DNA from: Diplonema japonicum
Taxonomy: Eukaryota > Protista > Euglenozoa: Diplonemea
Assembly: GCA_964019335.1 (NCBI GenBank)
Contig: OZ025728.1
Location: 378,377 to 442,376 of the forward strand
Direction: 5' to 3'
Length of the DNA stretch: 64,000 nt
The notes under the pieces are model-generated. The model was not told the DNA's origin, ran no database searches, and saw nothing but the letters and a program-made list of their open reading frames with translations. Made by a program: the position numbers and the translations under genes. Positions 23,356 to 33,385 of the stretch are shown here, piece by piece (the stretch's first letter is position 1; every line of letters starts with the position of its first letter).

Positions 23356-25287
23356 CTATGGCGGGGGGGGGGGGGGGGGGGGGACCAGCCCCCCACACCC
23401 CCGCTGGCCTATCTGGCCAGCGAGCCTTTGGACCTCTTCTTGTGGGGTATGGGCCCCACCCGTGCCCTCCCCGACTCGAGCTGCAGCCAAGCCACCGCAC
23501 TGTTCACCGGCCCAGTTCTCCCTGTCGCGCACCTTGACCGTGTCCCGCACCAGGTCGTCGCTCCCCAGCTCTTCCATCAACCTGTGCTCCGCCAAGAACT
23601 TGAACTGGGGCCCGGTCATCCCCTTGAGCTCACCCCTGCATATGTTGGCTTCGACCACGGTGCCATCCGCCCCCGTACCCTTCAGATAGATGTAGCCACC
23701 CTCCACACAATCCGAGTCAGTACTGGCCGATCGGGCCCGGGCCCGCTTCTTGTCCTTCTTGCTCCACTTCAGCTCTTCCAGGGTGGGGAGGTCCGTGGCA
23801 ACCACCTCAGGCCGCCTCTCCCTGTCTTCCTCCTTCTTCCGGGCCAACAGCCCAAGATACCTCTCAAAGGAGACGTCCTCGAACAACCCCGGGACCGTCA
23901 CCACCGCTGACTGCAGGTCGACCTCTTCAACACCCATCTTCCGCAGATGGTCCTGGACAGTGCGCCTCGTCTCCTTCTCGCAGGGCCCCCTCCCCTCGTA
24001 GACGTCGAGGGTGACCTTCCTTCCATCCCTCACCCACGCCTTCACTTTGATCAGGTCCTTGACCTTTCCCACTGGGGCCCTTATCCTTGCGTCGCACCTC
24101 TCCAAGAACTCGCGTAGTGTCACCTTGGTAGCGCCGGCTCCCGCCGCAATGCCCACTACCCCTTCCTTCCCCGGTGTCGGGTGGTGTCTGCACCCCCGGG
24201 TCTGCAACTTGACCACCCTCCATGCCGTTTCCAGAGTCCCCTTGAGCACGCCACCCTTGAAACGAACAGGTTGCACCGCCGAACACCCACACGCATACGT
24301 GATCTGGAAATCCTGGACCGTCCTCGGGAACTCGAACTCGCGGTATGTTTCCGACTTCTGCACCTCACAACCCACAATGCGGCTGCGGCGCTCTCCGTCC
24401 GACCCACCTTCCAAGCTTGCGAAGTACTGCTTTACCATCATGTATCCAAGTCCAGCGATACCAATCTGGCCAGCCATAGCCACCTCCAGTGGAACACCCA
24501 GCGACTCGGCCTTCGCAAGAAGCATCTCCTCAGTCCTCTCCCTTCCAGGGTCCGTTCCTTCTTCAAGGATGATCTCCACCCGGCCCTCGAACTGGATGAT
24601 GAACTTGAGCAGTCGGTCCCCCGGCCTCGCCCTCAGTGGCACCATCGCTCTCGGAATTGGGATGCCCATCACCACATCAATCGGGTCAAGCTGAACGAAG
24701 TCTCCCCCTACTTCCACCTGCTGTTCCCTTTCCGGTGCCCCGACTCCCATCAGCTGATCTCCCTCCGGCGTCTGGATCCCACCCCTAGGTGTGTCAGGCC
24801 CCGACTGGCTGCCTCCGCTCGGTGCGTTCCCGCCCTCTTTGGTCCCTTCGGGGGCGTCATCCGCCTGCGGCTTCAGAGTCCTCCCACCGCCCTGTCTCTT
24901 CGCAGCTTGTTCCCTACAGAACTCGCTCACGGTCATCTTCCTCGTAGCAGTTGTCGCACTCTGGTCCCCCTTGTTCGAGTCCCTCTGGGCCTCCGTATCC
25001 CCCTTAGGACACTGGTCCAAGGTCTGGTTCACCGCAGCGTCAGTCGCCCCTTGTCTCTTCCCATCTTCCTGGGCCTTCGGGTCAAGCCCCCCTCCCTGCC
25101 CAGCCCTCTCACTGGATCCTGTTCCGGCCATCTCCGTGTCTTCTCCTCCCGGTGAGGCTGCTTCGAGTCCTGCTCCCGCTTTCCCTTGTGTTCCACCCTC
25201 CGCCGGTTCCGCCTTTCGCTGCTGTTGCATTCGGGCGTCCAGGTCCTTCTTCGTCTGCTCCAGAAGGGCATCCAGCTGGTGGGCCAC
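23356..25287 (-). CDS. Uncharacterised ORF downstream of the endonuclease; probably a C-terminal extension of the RT ORF
   Basis: 643-codon frame starting at GTG; one indel near 25312 would fuse it to the RT ORF. The second copy suggests the true end is ...KGSLAR* at about 23409. Confidence 0.7.
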   Translation of the reverse strand: MAHQLDALLEQTKKDLDARMQQQRKAEPAEGGTQGKAGAGLEAASPGGEDTEMAGTGSSERAGQGGGLDPKAQEDGKRQGATDAAVNQTLDQCPKGDTEAQRDSNKGDQSATTATRKMTVSEFCREQAAKRQGGGRTLKPQADDAPEGTKEGGNAPSGGSQSGPDTPRGGIQTPEGDQLMGVGAPEREQQVEVGGDFVQLDPIDVVMGIPIPRAMVPLRARPGDRLLKFIIQFEGRVEIILEEGTDPGRERTEEMLLAKAESLGVPLEVAMAGQIGIAGLGYMMVKQYFASLEGGSDGERRSRIVGCEVQKSETYREFEFPRTVQDFQITYACGCSAVQPVRFKGGVLKGTLETAWRVVKLQTRGCRHHPTPGKEGVVGIAAGAGATKVTLREFLERCDARIRAPVGKVKDLIKVKAWVRDGRKVTLDVYEGRGPCEKETRRTVQDHLRKMGVEEVDLQSAVVTVPGLFEDVSFERYLGLLARKKEEDRERRPEVVATDLPTLEELKWSKKDKKRARARSASTDSDCVEGGYIYLKGTGADGTVVEANICRGELKGMTGPQFKFLAEHRLMEELGSDDLVRDTVKVRDRENWAGEQCGGLAAARVGEGTGGAHTPQEEVQRLAGQIGQRGCGGLVPPPPPPPP

Positions 25288-28200
25288 CGTGATTGGGTCC
25301 GCCTCCCTGTCCCTTCACTTCCCTCTCGGACGACTCCTCAGCTTCGGTGGTTTTTTCATTGCCGAAGGAGTCCTCTGTGAGGTCAGTGTTGGATTCAGTG
25401 TTGGGTTCGTTGTTCGCTTCCTCGTTGTCCTTTTTTTCCTCTTCGCCGTCCGGTACCGGGGGCCCGGGATCCAACTGTACAGGCCCTTTGACTAACAGCG
25501 CCCCTGCTATCGATCTCATCATGGCCGTTGACACCTCTTGGACCACACGCCTGTGTATCGAGACTCTGTCCCCGTGGGCCCGCGCAGCTATGCTCCTGGA
25601 CAGTTTCTTCGTGAGGTAGACCGCTGCCTCCCCGAACCCCCCGAAGGTCTCCATCGCGAAAGGTACAAAGGCCACGCGTGTCTTGGCGAGCTCCGCCTCA
25701 TACTTCTGGCGCTTGTAGTGTTCCGCCTTCGCCGCTGCGTACCCCGCAGTCTTCGCCGCCTGGTTGACACAAGACTCGTTCCTCGGGTGCACGATGACCA
25801 CGTCCATAGCCATTGGGCGGGAACCCCCCACCCCACCTGGGAAGAACACGTCCGCCGGGCGCTGGGACGACCCCGGGATCAGCCCCGTCTTCTCCATCGT
25901 TGCGCTCACCCCGGCCCACTGACAGTGTCTGTGGATGGTCTCCTTCACCCGGTCGTGCCTCGCAATCCTGGCGTTGCCGCATCCCTGGGCATGGTCACCC
26001 CATACGCCCATCCCCTCAGTCTTGCACCTCGGGTCGTGGCAGCTCTCACCCTGCTTGTAGACCGGAGCCCCCAACCACCACTTGATCAGAGCCCCAAACT
26101 CGTTGTCCGACAGCTGGTTGTAGAAGTCAGGCGTCGCCGTCAACCACGCCCCCGCATAGTGCATTGACTCCGACATCAACCTCGCTCTCGAGCGTGCATC
26201 TGCTTTCGCCAAGAGGTCCTCCAGCGCCTTCTCATCAAGCACCCTAGAGAGCCACCTCTGGCTGCAGATGTGGGGGGCCTTGGCCACCATGTCGGGTGTA
26301 ATCTGCATGCCGCCCTTCGTCCTGTTGAACCACTCGAGCCAGCTCCCCCATACACCCCCTTCCAGCCCATGTTCGTATTTGGGATCCAGCTCCTTGCACA
26401 GCTTCATCGTCGACGCCCTCGAAGCCATGTTGGCCGCGCGCAGGTGCTCCTGGCAGCTCCTCATCCCAAGCCCACCGACTTTTACGGACAGTTTCGCCTG
26501 CTGCCATTCTTTCGACCCGTTCTCGAACTGCATGCCGCACACCTTCGACATCGTCTTCCGCACCATCTCGTCGAACCTGTGCATGACCCCTCCCACATGC
26601 GAGTCTGGGACCACTCTCATGTAAAACACCAGTTTGCTGTATGAGCTGCAATACCGGAGAAGTGTGTACCCTGTCTGCCTCCCCACCTTGGTCAGCATGT
26701 CGAAGTTCTCTTCCAGCGCGTCCAAGCGTTTGTTCAGAAAGGCTTGCGTGTACTCTGGCGATCCTATCGGCGCCCCCAGGAGCATGAAGTTCCTCTCTTT
26801 GTGGAAATTCTCTTCTGTCAGGCCATCGAAGCCTGTGTCCTCCACTGTCTGGGGGAGGTCGCCACTAACCCATATGAGCTCGCACTTCTGGGGTTTCACT
26901 TTCAGCCCTATCATTCCGCTCAGCTCACACAAGATGTTGTACGCCTTTCTCACTTCATCCACATTCCCCACAAGGACGCCATCGTCCAGGTAGAACTGGA
27001 GGATGTCCAGGTTGCAGTCTTCACTTATCTTGTTCACCAGGGGTTGGATGGCCAGAGAGAACAGCAGCGGTCCCATCGGGTCCCCCTGTTGCACCCCTTC
27101 CTGGGACTTAATCACCTTTCCGTTGTAGTATAATTGGGAGGGCACCCTGTAGCACCAATCGGCCCACGCATACAGCCCCGACGCTTGCTCATAGGCCTGT
27201 GAGCACAGCTGCCTCCGACAAACACTGTTGAAGGCGTTGGCGTAGTCGATCTTGAGGATCACCTTGTTTTCCTGCTTGTTGCCCCGTTCCCTGTCCACAT
27301 ACTGCCTGATGGTGTGTATAGCCGCCTCCATTCCAGCAGGGACCGATACCCCCACCTGGCCGCCTTTCTTCAGGTACGAAGAGGCCACTTCCGGAGCGAT
27401 CTTCTTCACAAGGGATTTCCCCACCAGCCGACGCAGCACATCCCCAACGGCTATGGGCCGCACGTCCCTGTCGTTCTTCTTGAGGGCCACAAGGTTCGCC
27501 CCTGCCATCAGCGGAGCCACCTCCCTAGGGGCCGTGCCTCTAGCTAATGCGTTGACTGCCCTCGTCACCGACATCAAACAGCCTTGAGACTCAAAAGCTC
27601 CGTCCACCGCGTCCTTGATGTGCTGGGCTCTCAGACCAGTCGGTCCCGCAGCAGTCCCCCTCGGGAAGTCCCTGATTGCGTCCAGCACTTCTTCTGGCAA
27701 GACTTCTACCGCTTCCTTCGTCTTCGCCGGGTTGTCCCATTGGGGGTGTAGTGGCTCTGGATGTTTGCTCTGCAGCGCTCTCCAGCAATCCTCATTGTCT
27801 TCCGCCAGCCCCTGGGCTACAAGCGCCGCGTTTCCTGCCGAGAACCTCCCTTTGCTGCACAGTTCCGTGGCCCTGGCGACCTTAGAGACCTCGTCGTTCT
27901 TAGGTTCCCCCTTCTCACCTGATTCCAGCTTATTCCAGAGGGCCATGTAATTTCCCTTCTCCCACTCCTCCAATCTGGCCTGGACACTCAGCTCCGTCTC
28001 CTTGTCCCGCTTCTTCCCTCCCCTCTTCTTCCACAGGCAGGCTTTGGGGAGCATCGCCACCAGCAGCCAAGCCTCCTCTGTGTTGTCCTTCACCGCTCGG
28101 CCCAGAGTGTGCTTAAGGGTAAGCCCCCACAGTCTTTGAAGGCTCGTCGGGATCGACCCCATGGTCGTGACGTTCATGGCGGCTATGGTTTCCAGGCTGG

Positions 28201-28552
28201 GTAACTCGGTCCTCGTCGGGGCCGGCGGGGGGGTCGTGTATTCCCCTTCCCTTCGCACCGCCTTTTTGCACTCGTCGTGGCACCCCTGACCCTTCCACAC
28301 ACAGCCCCTGCACACCAGGCACCTCTCGAGGTCCAGTCTCCTCAGAACGCTCTCCGGGATCTCATCACTCTCCAGGTGCCCATCCAGGTGACACTTCCAT
28401 ACCCTTGTCGAGTTGAACGGGGTCGTGCTTTTGCACTTCGACCTAGCGCAGTTCGCCACCGGACAGTACAGGAATTGTTGGTTCCTTGCCCCATCTGGTC
28501 CAACACCCCTGCCTTCCCATATCCAGGGATCGCACGGTCTATTATGTCCCAC
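25109..28552 (-). CDS. Zinc fingers + reverse transcriptase + restriction-like endonuclease of the CRE-like element
   Basis: RPIAVGDVLRRL, KIDYANAFNS, GVQQGDPMGP, YLDDG, LLGAPIG, GGLG, plus PD-(D/E)xK-type endonuclease motifs. Confidence 0.92.
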   Translation of the reverse strand: MGHNRPCDPWIWEGRGVGPDGARNQQFLYCPVANCARSKCKSTTPFNSTRVWKCHLDGHLESDEIPESVLRRLDLERCLVCRGCVWKGQGCHDECKKAVRREGEYTTPPPAPTRTELPSLETIAAMNVTTMGSIPTSLQRLWGLTLKHTLGRAVKDNTEEAWLLVAMLPKACLWKKRGGKKRDKETELSVQARLEEWEKGNYMALWNKLESGEKGEPKNDEVSKVARATELCSKGRFSAGNAALVAQGLAEDNEDCWRALQSKHPEPLHPQWDNPAKTKEAVEVLPEEVLDAIRDFPRGTAAGPTGLRAQHIKDAVDGAFESQGCLMSVTRAVNALARGTAPREVAPLMAGANLVALKKNDRDVRPIAVGDVLRRLVGKSLVKKIAPEVASSYLKKGGQVGVSVPAGMEAAIHTIRQYVDRERGNKQENKVILKIDYANAFNSVCRRQLCSQAYEQASGLYAWADWCYRVPSQLYYNGKVIKSQEGVQQGDPMGPLLFSLAIQPLVNKISEDCNLDILQFYLDDGVLVGNVDEVRKAYNILCELSGMIGLKVKPQKCELIWVSGDLPQTVEDTGFDGLTEENFHKERNFMLLGAPIGSPEYTQAFLNKRLDALEENFDMLTKVGRQTGYTLLRYCSSYSKLVFYMRVVPDSHVGGVMHRFDEMVRKTMSKVCGMQFENGSKEWQQAKLSVKVGGLGMRSCQEHLRAANMASRASTMKLCKELDPKYEHGLEGGVWGSWLEWFNRTKGGMQITPDMVAKAPHICSQRWLSRVLDEKALEDLLAKADARSRARLMSESMHYAGAWLTATPDFYNQLSDNEFGALIKWWLGAPVYKQGESCHDPRCKTEGMGVWGDHAQGCGNARIARHDRVKETIHRHCQWAGVSATMEKTGLIPGSSQRPADVFFPGGVGGSRPMAMDVVIVHPRNESCVNQAAKTAGYAAAKAEHYKRQKYEAELAKTRVAFVPFAMETFGGFGEAAVYLTKKLSRSIAARAHGDRVSIHRRVVQEVSTAMMRSIAGALLVKGPVQLDPGPPVPDGEEEKKDNEEANNEPNTESNTDLTEDSFGNEKTTEAEESSEREVKGQGGGPNHGGPPAGCPSGADEEGPGRPNATAAKGGTGGGWNTRESGSRTRSSLTGRRRHGDGRNRIQ

Positions 28553-28659
28553 TCCCCGATGTCCTCACCTGGGGCCTCGGAGGGTTGCTTACCTGCCTTT
28601 TGTAGAGCTACCGATTGGGACTCATCAAGGAGCATCATCATCGACTCCTCCTCTCCGAC

Positions 28660-29010
28660 TGCATACTCATAGTGGTTGCCGTTGTACGCCAGCACCACCA
28701 CCTTCTCGTGGTCGGAGTTGTACTCCCCTATCTAGGACTGGGTTGTTCCCCCCAGCAACCACGAGTATCGTGCGGCCAAACGCTTGTGCTGCGGCTGCCA
28801 GGCACAAGTGGTCTCCCCACGTCGCTGCTGTGCCCATCCCTTCCAAGTACCGGTCCCAACCCTCACTGCAAAACGGGGCATAGTGCTCCTCCCGGTGTTT
28901 CATCCATTCTACAACCTCGCTCCTGATGTGGGTGTGGTCGCCGTAGGCTTCCCCGAGCAAACCGGCCAGGGCGTGGAACATGCAGTTCCCGTCCTTCTCC
29001 GTCTCCTCGT
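28660..29010 (-). other. OTU-family cysteine protease domain within the CRE-like polyprotein (frameshifted)
   Basis: DGNCMFHAL catalytic Cys box, YLEGM..ATWGDHLCLAAAA, and LAYNGNHYE His box in the adjacent frame. Confidence 0.8.
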
Positions 29011-29969
29011 CAGCTTGAAGCTCTTCATGATCTCGTCCACTGACTTGCCGGCCCTGGGTTGTTTGTCGGGGTTCCACAGATTCCGCTGCCTGTGTAGTGC
29101 ACAGTGCGTCTGGTTTGACGAGCACACTGCAGCACACGTTCCACAGAGGTTCACCTTCATGCTCCTCGCCTGCTCTTGTTTCACAAAATGATGGTGGACC
29201 GCATTGAGGTGTTTAACTAGACAGCTTGCCACACTGGTGCGGAAAGAGCAGTCTTCCATCCGGCATTGATGTTTGTCTGATCCTTCTTTTTCCCCCTCCT
29301 TCTGCACCTCCATGTGCTCATCATCCAAATCCATGGGGGGAGGGTCACCACCTCCTTGCAACGCGTCCCCTGCCAGCGTCAAGTCCGCAAAGGGGTCCAG
29401 GTGTTCGGCCTGAAAGAGCTTATCCTCCGTCTCAGCTCGTTCCTTCGCCGCTTGCTTGGCGTCCTCCTTCTTTTTTCTGCGTCTTGAGCTTCTAGGCAGG
29501 CCCAAGTACACCGGCAGGTAGTGACCTCTCGATCCGCGTCTTGTCTTCTTCAGCTTTACCAGTCCGAATCTCTGGGTCGGGCCAGCACCAGCTTTCCCCA
29601 CCATCACTTCCGACATGGCCCAGAGCAACATCAGCCCCCCTATCCAAACTGAAGTGCTTCCCACCAGGGTGCCTCCTACCGCTAGCCAAGCGAGCTCCCC
29701 AGCGGACCATTCATCCCCTCGGGGCCCCACCTGTACCCTTGACCTGCGGGTGGTCCTCCTGTCGCTCCCCAGCCTCTTCCACAACACTGCAGCATGCAGG
29801 AAGGAGGGGGCCATCCCGATGCCCACCCCCAGCACCTGCCTCACCCCTGGGATCAGCAAGAGGGAGAACAGGGCGACCCAGGCCCACACCCCCAGGTGCT
29901 CCCATCTCATCCCTTCCTTGCTGTGTCCCGTCCGTCTGCGGTGCCTCCTTGCACCGGTTGCAGCCTGGT

Positions 29970-31470
29970 CTACTGCTGGTCCTGTGCGATCATCTCTTTG
30001 ATTGAACTGAAGAGGTCTGCAGTCTGCTGCGGTTTTTCGAGGAGTGCCTCTGCAAGGCCTTTTGGCTCCCAGTTCTGCCCTCCCTGCTGCAGTACCCTTG
30101 CAGCTCATCACCAAGTGGTTCAGGGTGCAGTGCTTCGTGCCACACAGCTGACATGGCTTTTGCTTCGGACCCTCACAGTAGTCCTTCAGCAGCGGGTGGT
30201 GTCCTGTCTTCAGTCGATTGATGCAGACTTCGGCTTTCCTGCCCAAGCTGTTTGTCTTTGGGGGTTCCTTGCCCTTTGTCAGCTTCTGGTAGGCTGTCTG
30301 CCTGTCCAGCTCTGCATCAATCCTGTCTTTTGCACATTTCCAGAGCTTGTTTTTCGCTGCTCCAAGGCTCACTGGCTGCCTCTGTTGTTCCTTCACACCC
30401 ACCACTGCCAGCCTGTCAGCCACTTCATTCCCTGCAATACCACAGTGACTTGGGATGTACCACAGTGTGAGGGTCGCTCCCTTGCCTTTCAGAAGCTGCC
30501 ACAGCTGTGTCCAGATTCCCACCATTGTGTCCTCTCTCTGCCTTGTTGGCCCTTGTTTCAGTTTTTGCAAGGCCGAAAGTGAGTCGGTGAGGATGTTGAT
30601 GTGGGCCCCTGGTTTCGCTGTTGTCTTGCAGTGCTCAAGTGCCATCTCCAGGGCTGTCAGCTCTGCCTGGCAGCTGTCACCATATCGGCATGAGTCTCTG
30701 GTCAGGTACACCTCGCTCCCTGCAGCAGTCTGGACATACCACCTTGTTCTGCATCCACAGATCCATCTGTGTACACGGTGATGTCAGCTTTGGGCAGCTT
30801 CTGGAGTACTTCCTCTCCGTATGTCCTCTGCTCATCCTTCTTTTTCTTCTTAATGCCTTGCCCTTCTGTCCCAACATCCAGTTGCACCAGCAGACTCCAC
30901 TCCCATGGGGAAAGGGTGACGAGTTGTGAAGAGGTGCTCTTTTGTACTTCTTCAATTTGTTCTCATTGATTGCCCTGCTCCTTGCCTCAAAGAGCCAGGT
31001 TCCTCTTGCTGTTCCTGCCCCCATCACTGCAGTGTGCCCACTTGTCCCCTCCATCCTTACAAGCTTCTCGTACATGGATGACGTCTTGTATTTTATCATC
31101 TCCTGTACCGGCCATAGCCTTGTGATTTTCAGGAGGTCTTGGATAGGTGTTGTAGGAAGGCAGCCTGCTGCATTGTGTGCTACTTCCAGTGTTGTGATGT
31201 CTCTGGCTGTCAGGGTGGGTCCATACACTCCAAGGGCGTATCTCGCCACAGGTAAGACATAGGTGAGGTAGACAGTGCAGAGGGTCAATGCCTTGCACCC
31301 CCACTTGGTGCCTGCAAGTGCCTTCATGACTGCTGTGCATCGTCAGAAGCGTTTGATCATGAATACGAAGTGTGCCCTGAAGTTCCTCTCAAGGAACACT
31401 GGCTCTTCTTGGTACATTACCAGTGTTTGCTGCCCTGCCACATCCTTGTGGTACACAACTGGTCTGCGAA
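29970..31470 (-). mobile_element. Decayed 5'-truncated ingi-like fragment (RT thumb, RNase H, C-terminal Cys/His motif)
   Basis: ALAGTKWGC..LYLTYV, VYTDGS, AELTALEMAL, ILTDSLS, YIPSHCGIAGNEVAD, RLKTGH..CQLC..HLVMSC; homologous to 56979-60020; contains stops and frameshifts. Confidence 0.85.
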
Positions 31471-33354
31471 TTTTTTTTCCCCCAGCAGTGCCCTTACCAA
31501 GGCTGACTTTGCCATTTTTTGGGATTTTTGGGGTGAAAAAAATTTTTTCTTTTCTGAGGCCACATGGAACTTGGGCACCCTCAAAATAGAGATTTTTTTA
31601 TTTTTTTGGAAAAAAAAATTTTTTTCCCCTCTGATAGAGCCCTTGCCAACACTGATTTTGCTGTTTTTTTACCCAAAAAATAAATTGGCCACTATGAAAA
31701 ATAGGTAGATTTAACCTTTTTAACCCAATTCTGTAGTGTGAAAAATCCAGAAAATTTTTTTTGCAACATTCTATGGGTGAAATTGACATAGAACCTAAAA
31801 CCTAGAAAAAAAAGGGGGGGTAAAATCACCCTTAAAAGAAGTCAATCCCTGTCATGCTGCTTGCCAATTTAACTAGTTATTAATGAGATTTTTGGAGTTG
31901 AAGTGAAAAAATGATTGTCGAAAAATCATTGTCGAAAAAATGTACCCAACCCCTTCAATTTTTTTTTTAGAGATGGGGTATTTTGACTGTTTTTAGCCAT
32001 CTGAGGCCATTCCAGCCCTTAAAAGTGGGAATAAGTGATTTACTTCCCCTTACCGAAATAGCTATCCCAACAAAGCTGGCACACCACATGCATTAAGGAC
32101 ACAATGCAAAACGCAGAAGAAGAAGACAATAACACCACACAACAACTTGGCCAAGGCACCCCCTGTAATCAGGTGGGCAGTCTGGTCTGAGGGGTCTGGC
32201 CAGTCCACCCCACAAACCACCCCAACACCGTGAATTTTCGAGGTGGTGTGTTGTGACTTATTTTACACCATGTATGGCATACCTGACATTGCACACAATG
32301 TATGCAACACAGGGTGCACAACATGGCACGTGTTTTATAACATGTACCACTATACTGCACAGGGAAAAGCAGGCAGTGTTGAGCTGTACTCCACACACAT
32401 TAAGGACACAACACAGAACACAGAAGAAGCTACAACCCAGCCACAGTGATTAAGGAAATGATGCAGAATGCAAGAAGCTACAACCCGGCTACGGTGATCA
32501 AGGAAATGACACAGAATACAGAAAAAGCTACAACTCAGCCACAATGATTAAGGACACGACACAGAATGCAGAAGAAGCCATAACCCTGCTGCAGTAATTA
32601 AAAAAATTCCGCATGCAGAATGCAGAAGAAGCTACAACCCGGCTGTGGTGCACCCCCTGTAATCAAGTAGATAGTTCTTGTGCAGGGTGCTGCCAACACT
32701 GGACTTTTCAGGAAACACACATTTTCACACATTTGAATTTATTCTTTAGTTTTTTTCTGAACCTATTTAATTTTTAAACCTAATAAAGAAAGAGTAAATC
32801 CTCCTATTCAAAACTTTTTAGTCCCAGTGTTGCCAAAATGGGTTGAAAATTAAAGTACCCAGCTGTGGTTACTTAATCAAAAAAGAATTTAATAGCCCAT
32901 TTAATGGAGGAGTTGGACCAGACTGGACTGGACTGAACCGGACTGGACAAGATGTTATTTGGTGGTGGGGATCACAGAAATATGGAAATATAAGAAGTAC
33001 ATCAGATGTGTTGTTCACTGTTGACCTCCTTGTCAGTCATCATTGGTAGTGCCCAAGTGGGAGAACATAATGCAGATGCTCAGGGTGATGAATTGGCAGC
33101 AAATTACGCACGCCCAGAATCTTGGTTACCAGGGGTGCCATGGCTGGTGTTGAGCTGCACACTGCACACATTAAGCAGTGATGGGTGAATCCGGTCCGGT
33201 CTGGTGTACCCATTTTACCAGACTGACCAGACTGACCAGATCGGCCAGACTGACCGGACTGACCAGACTCAAAAATTTTCTGCAATTTTTGACACACCTG
33301 CAAACACTTTTTTTTCAAATATTTTTGGACAATGATTTTTTTTTTTTTTTTTTT

Positions 33355-33385
<31 letters not shown>

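Larger units (their letters stand above)
22547..29960 (-). mobile_element. CRE-clade non-LTR retrotransposon (RT + restriction-like endonuclease), near full length
   Basis: RT with YLDDG; CCHC (CHDPRC...HAQGC), RHD, RPADV..MDV..KAEHYKRQKY and FVPFAMETFGG endonuclease motifs; 3' UTR ending in poly(A) (T-run 22547-22567); 3' 1.4 kb repeated at 62401-63798. 5' boundary approximate. Confidence 0.9.

Noticed and set aside
22547-29960. Spliced-leader or U2 (Utopia-like) targeting by the RLE element
   Set aside because: No spliced-leader exon is recognisable at either junction, and the U2 gene is uninterrupted and far away.
28909-30711. 600-aa ORF apparently fusing RNase H to TM and zinc-finger regions
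   Set aside because: A one-base shift near 30060 gives a normal ingi C-terminus ending at 29970, so the fusion is likely incidental.
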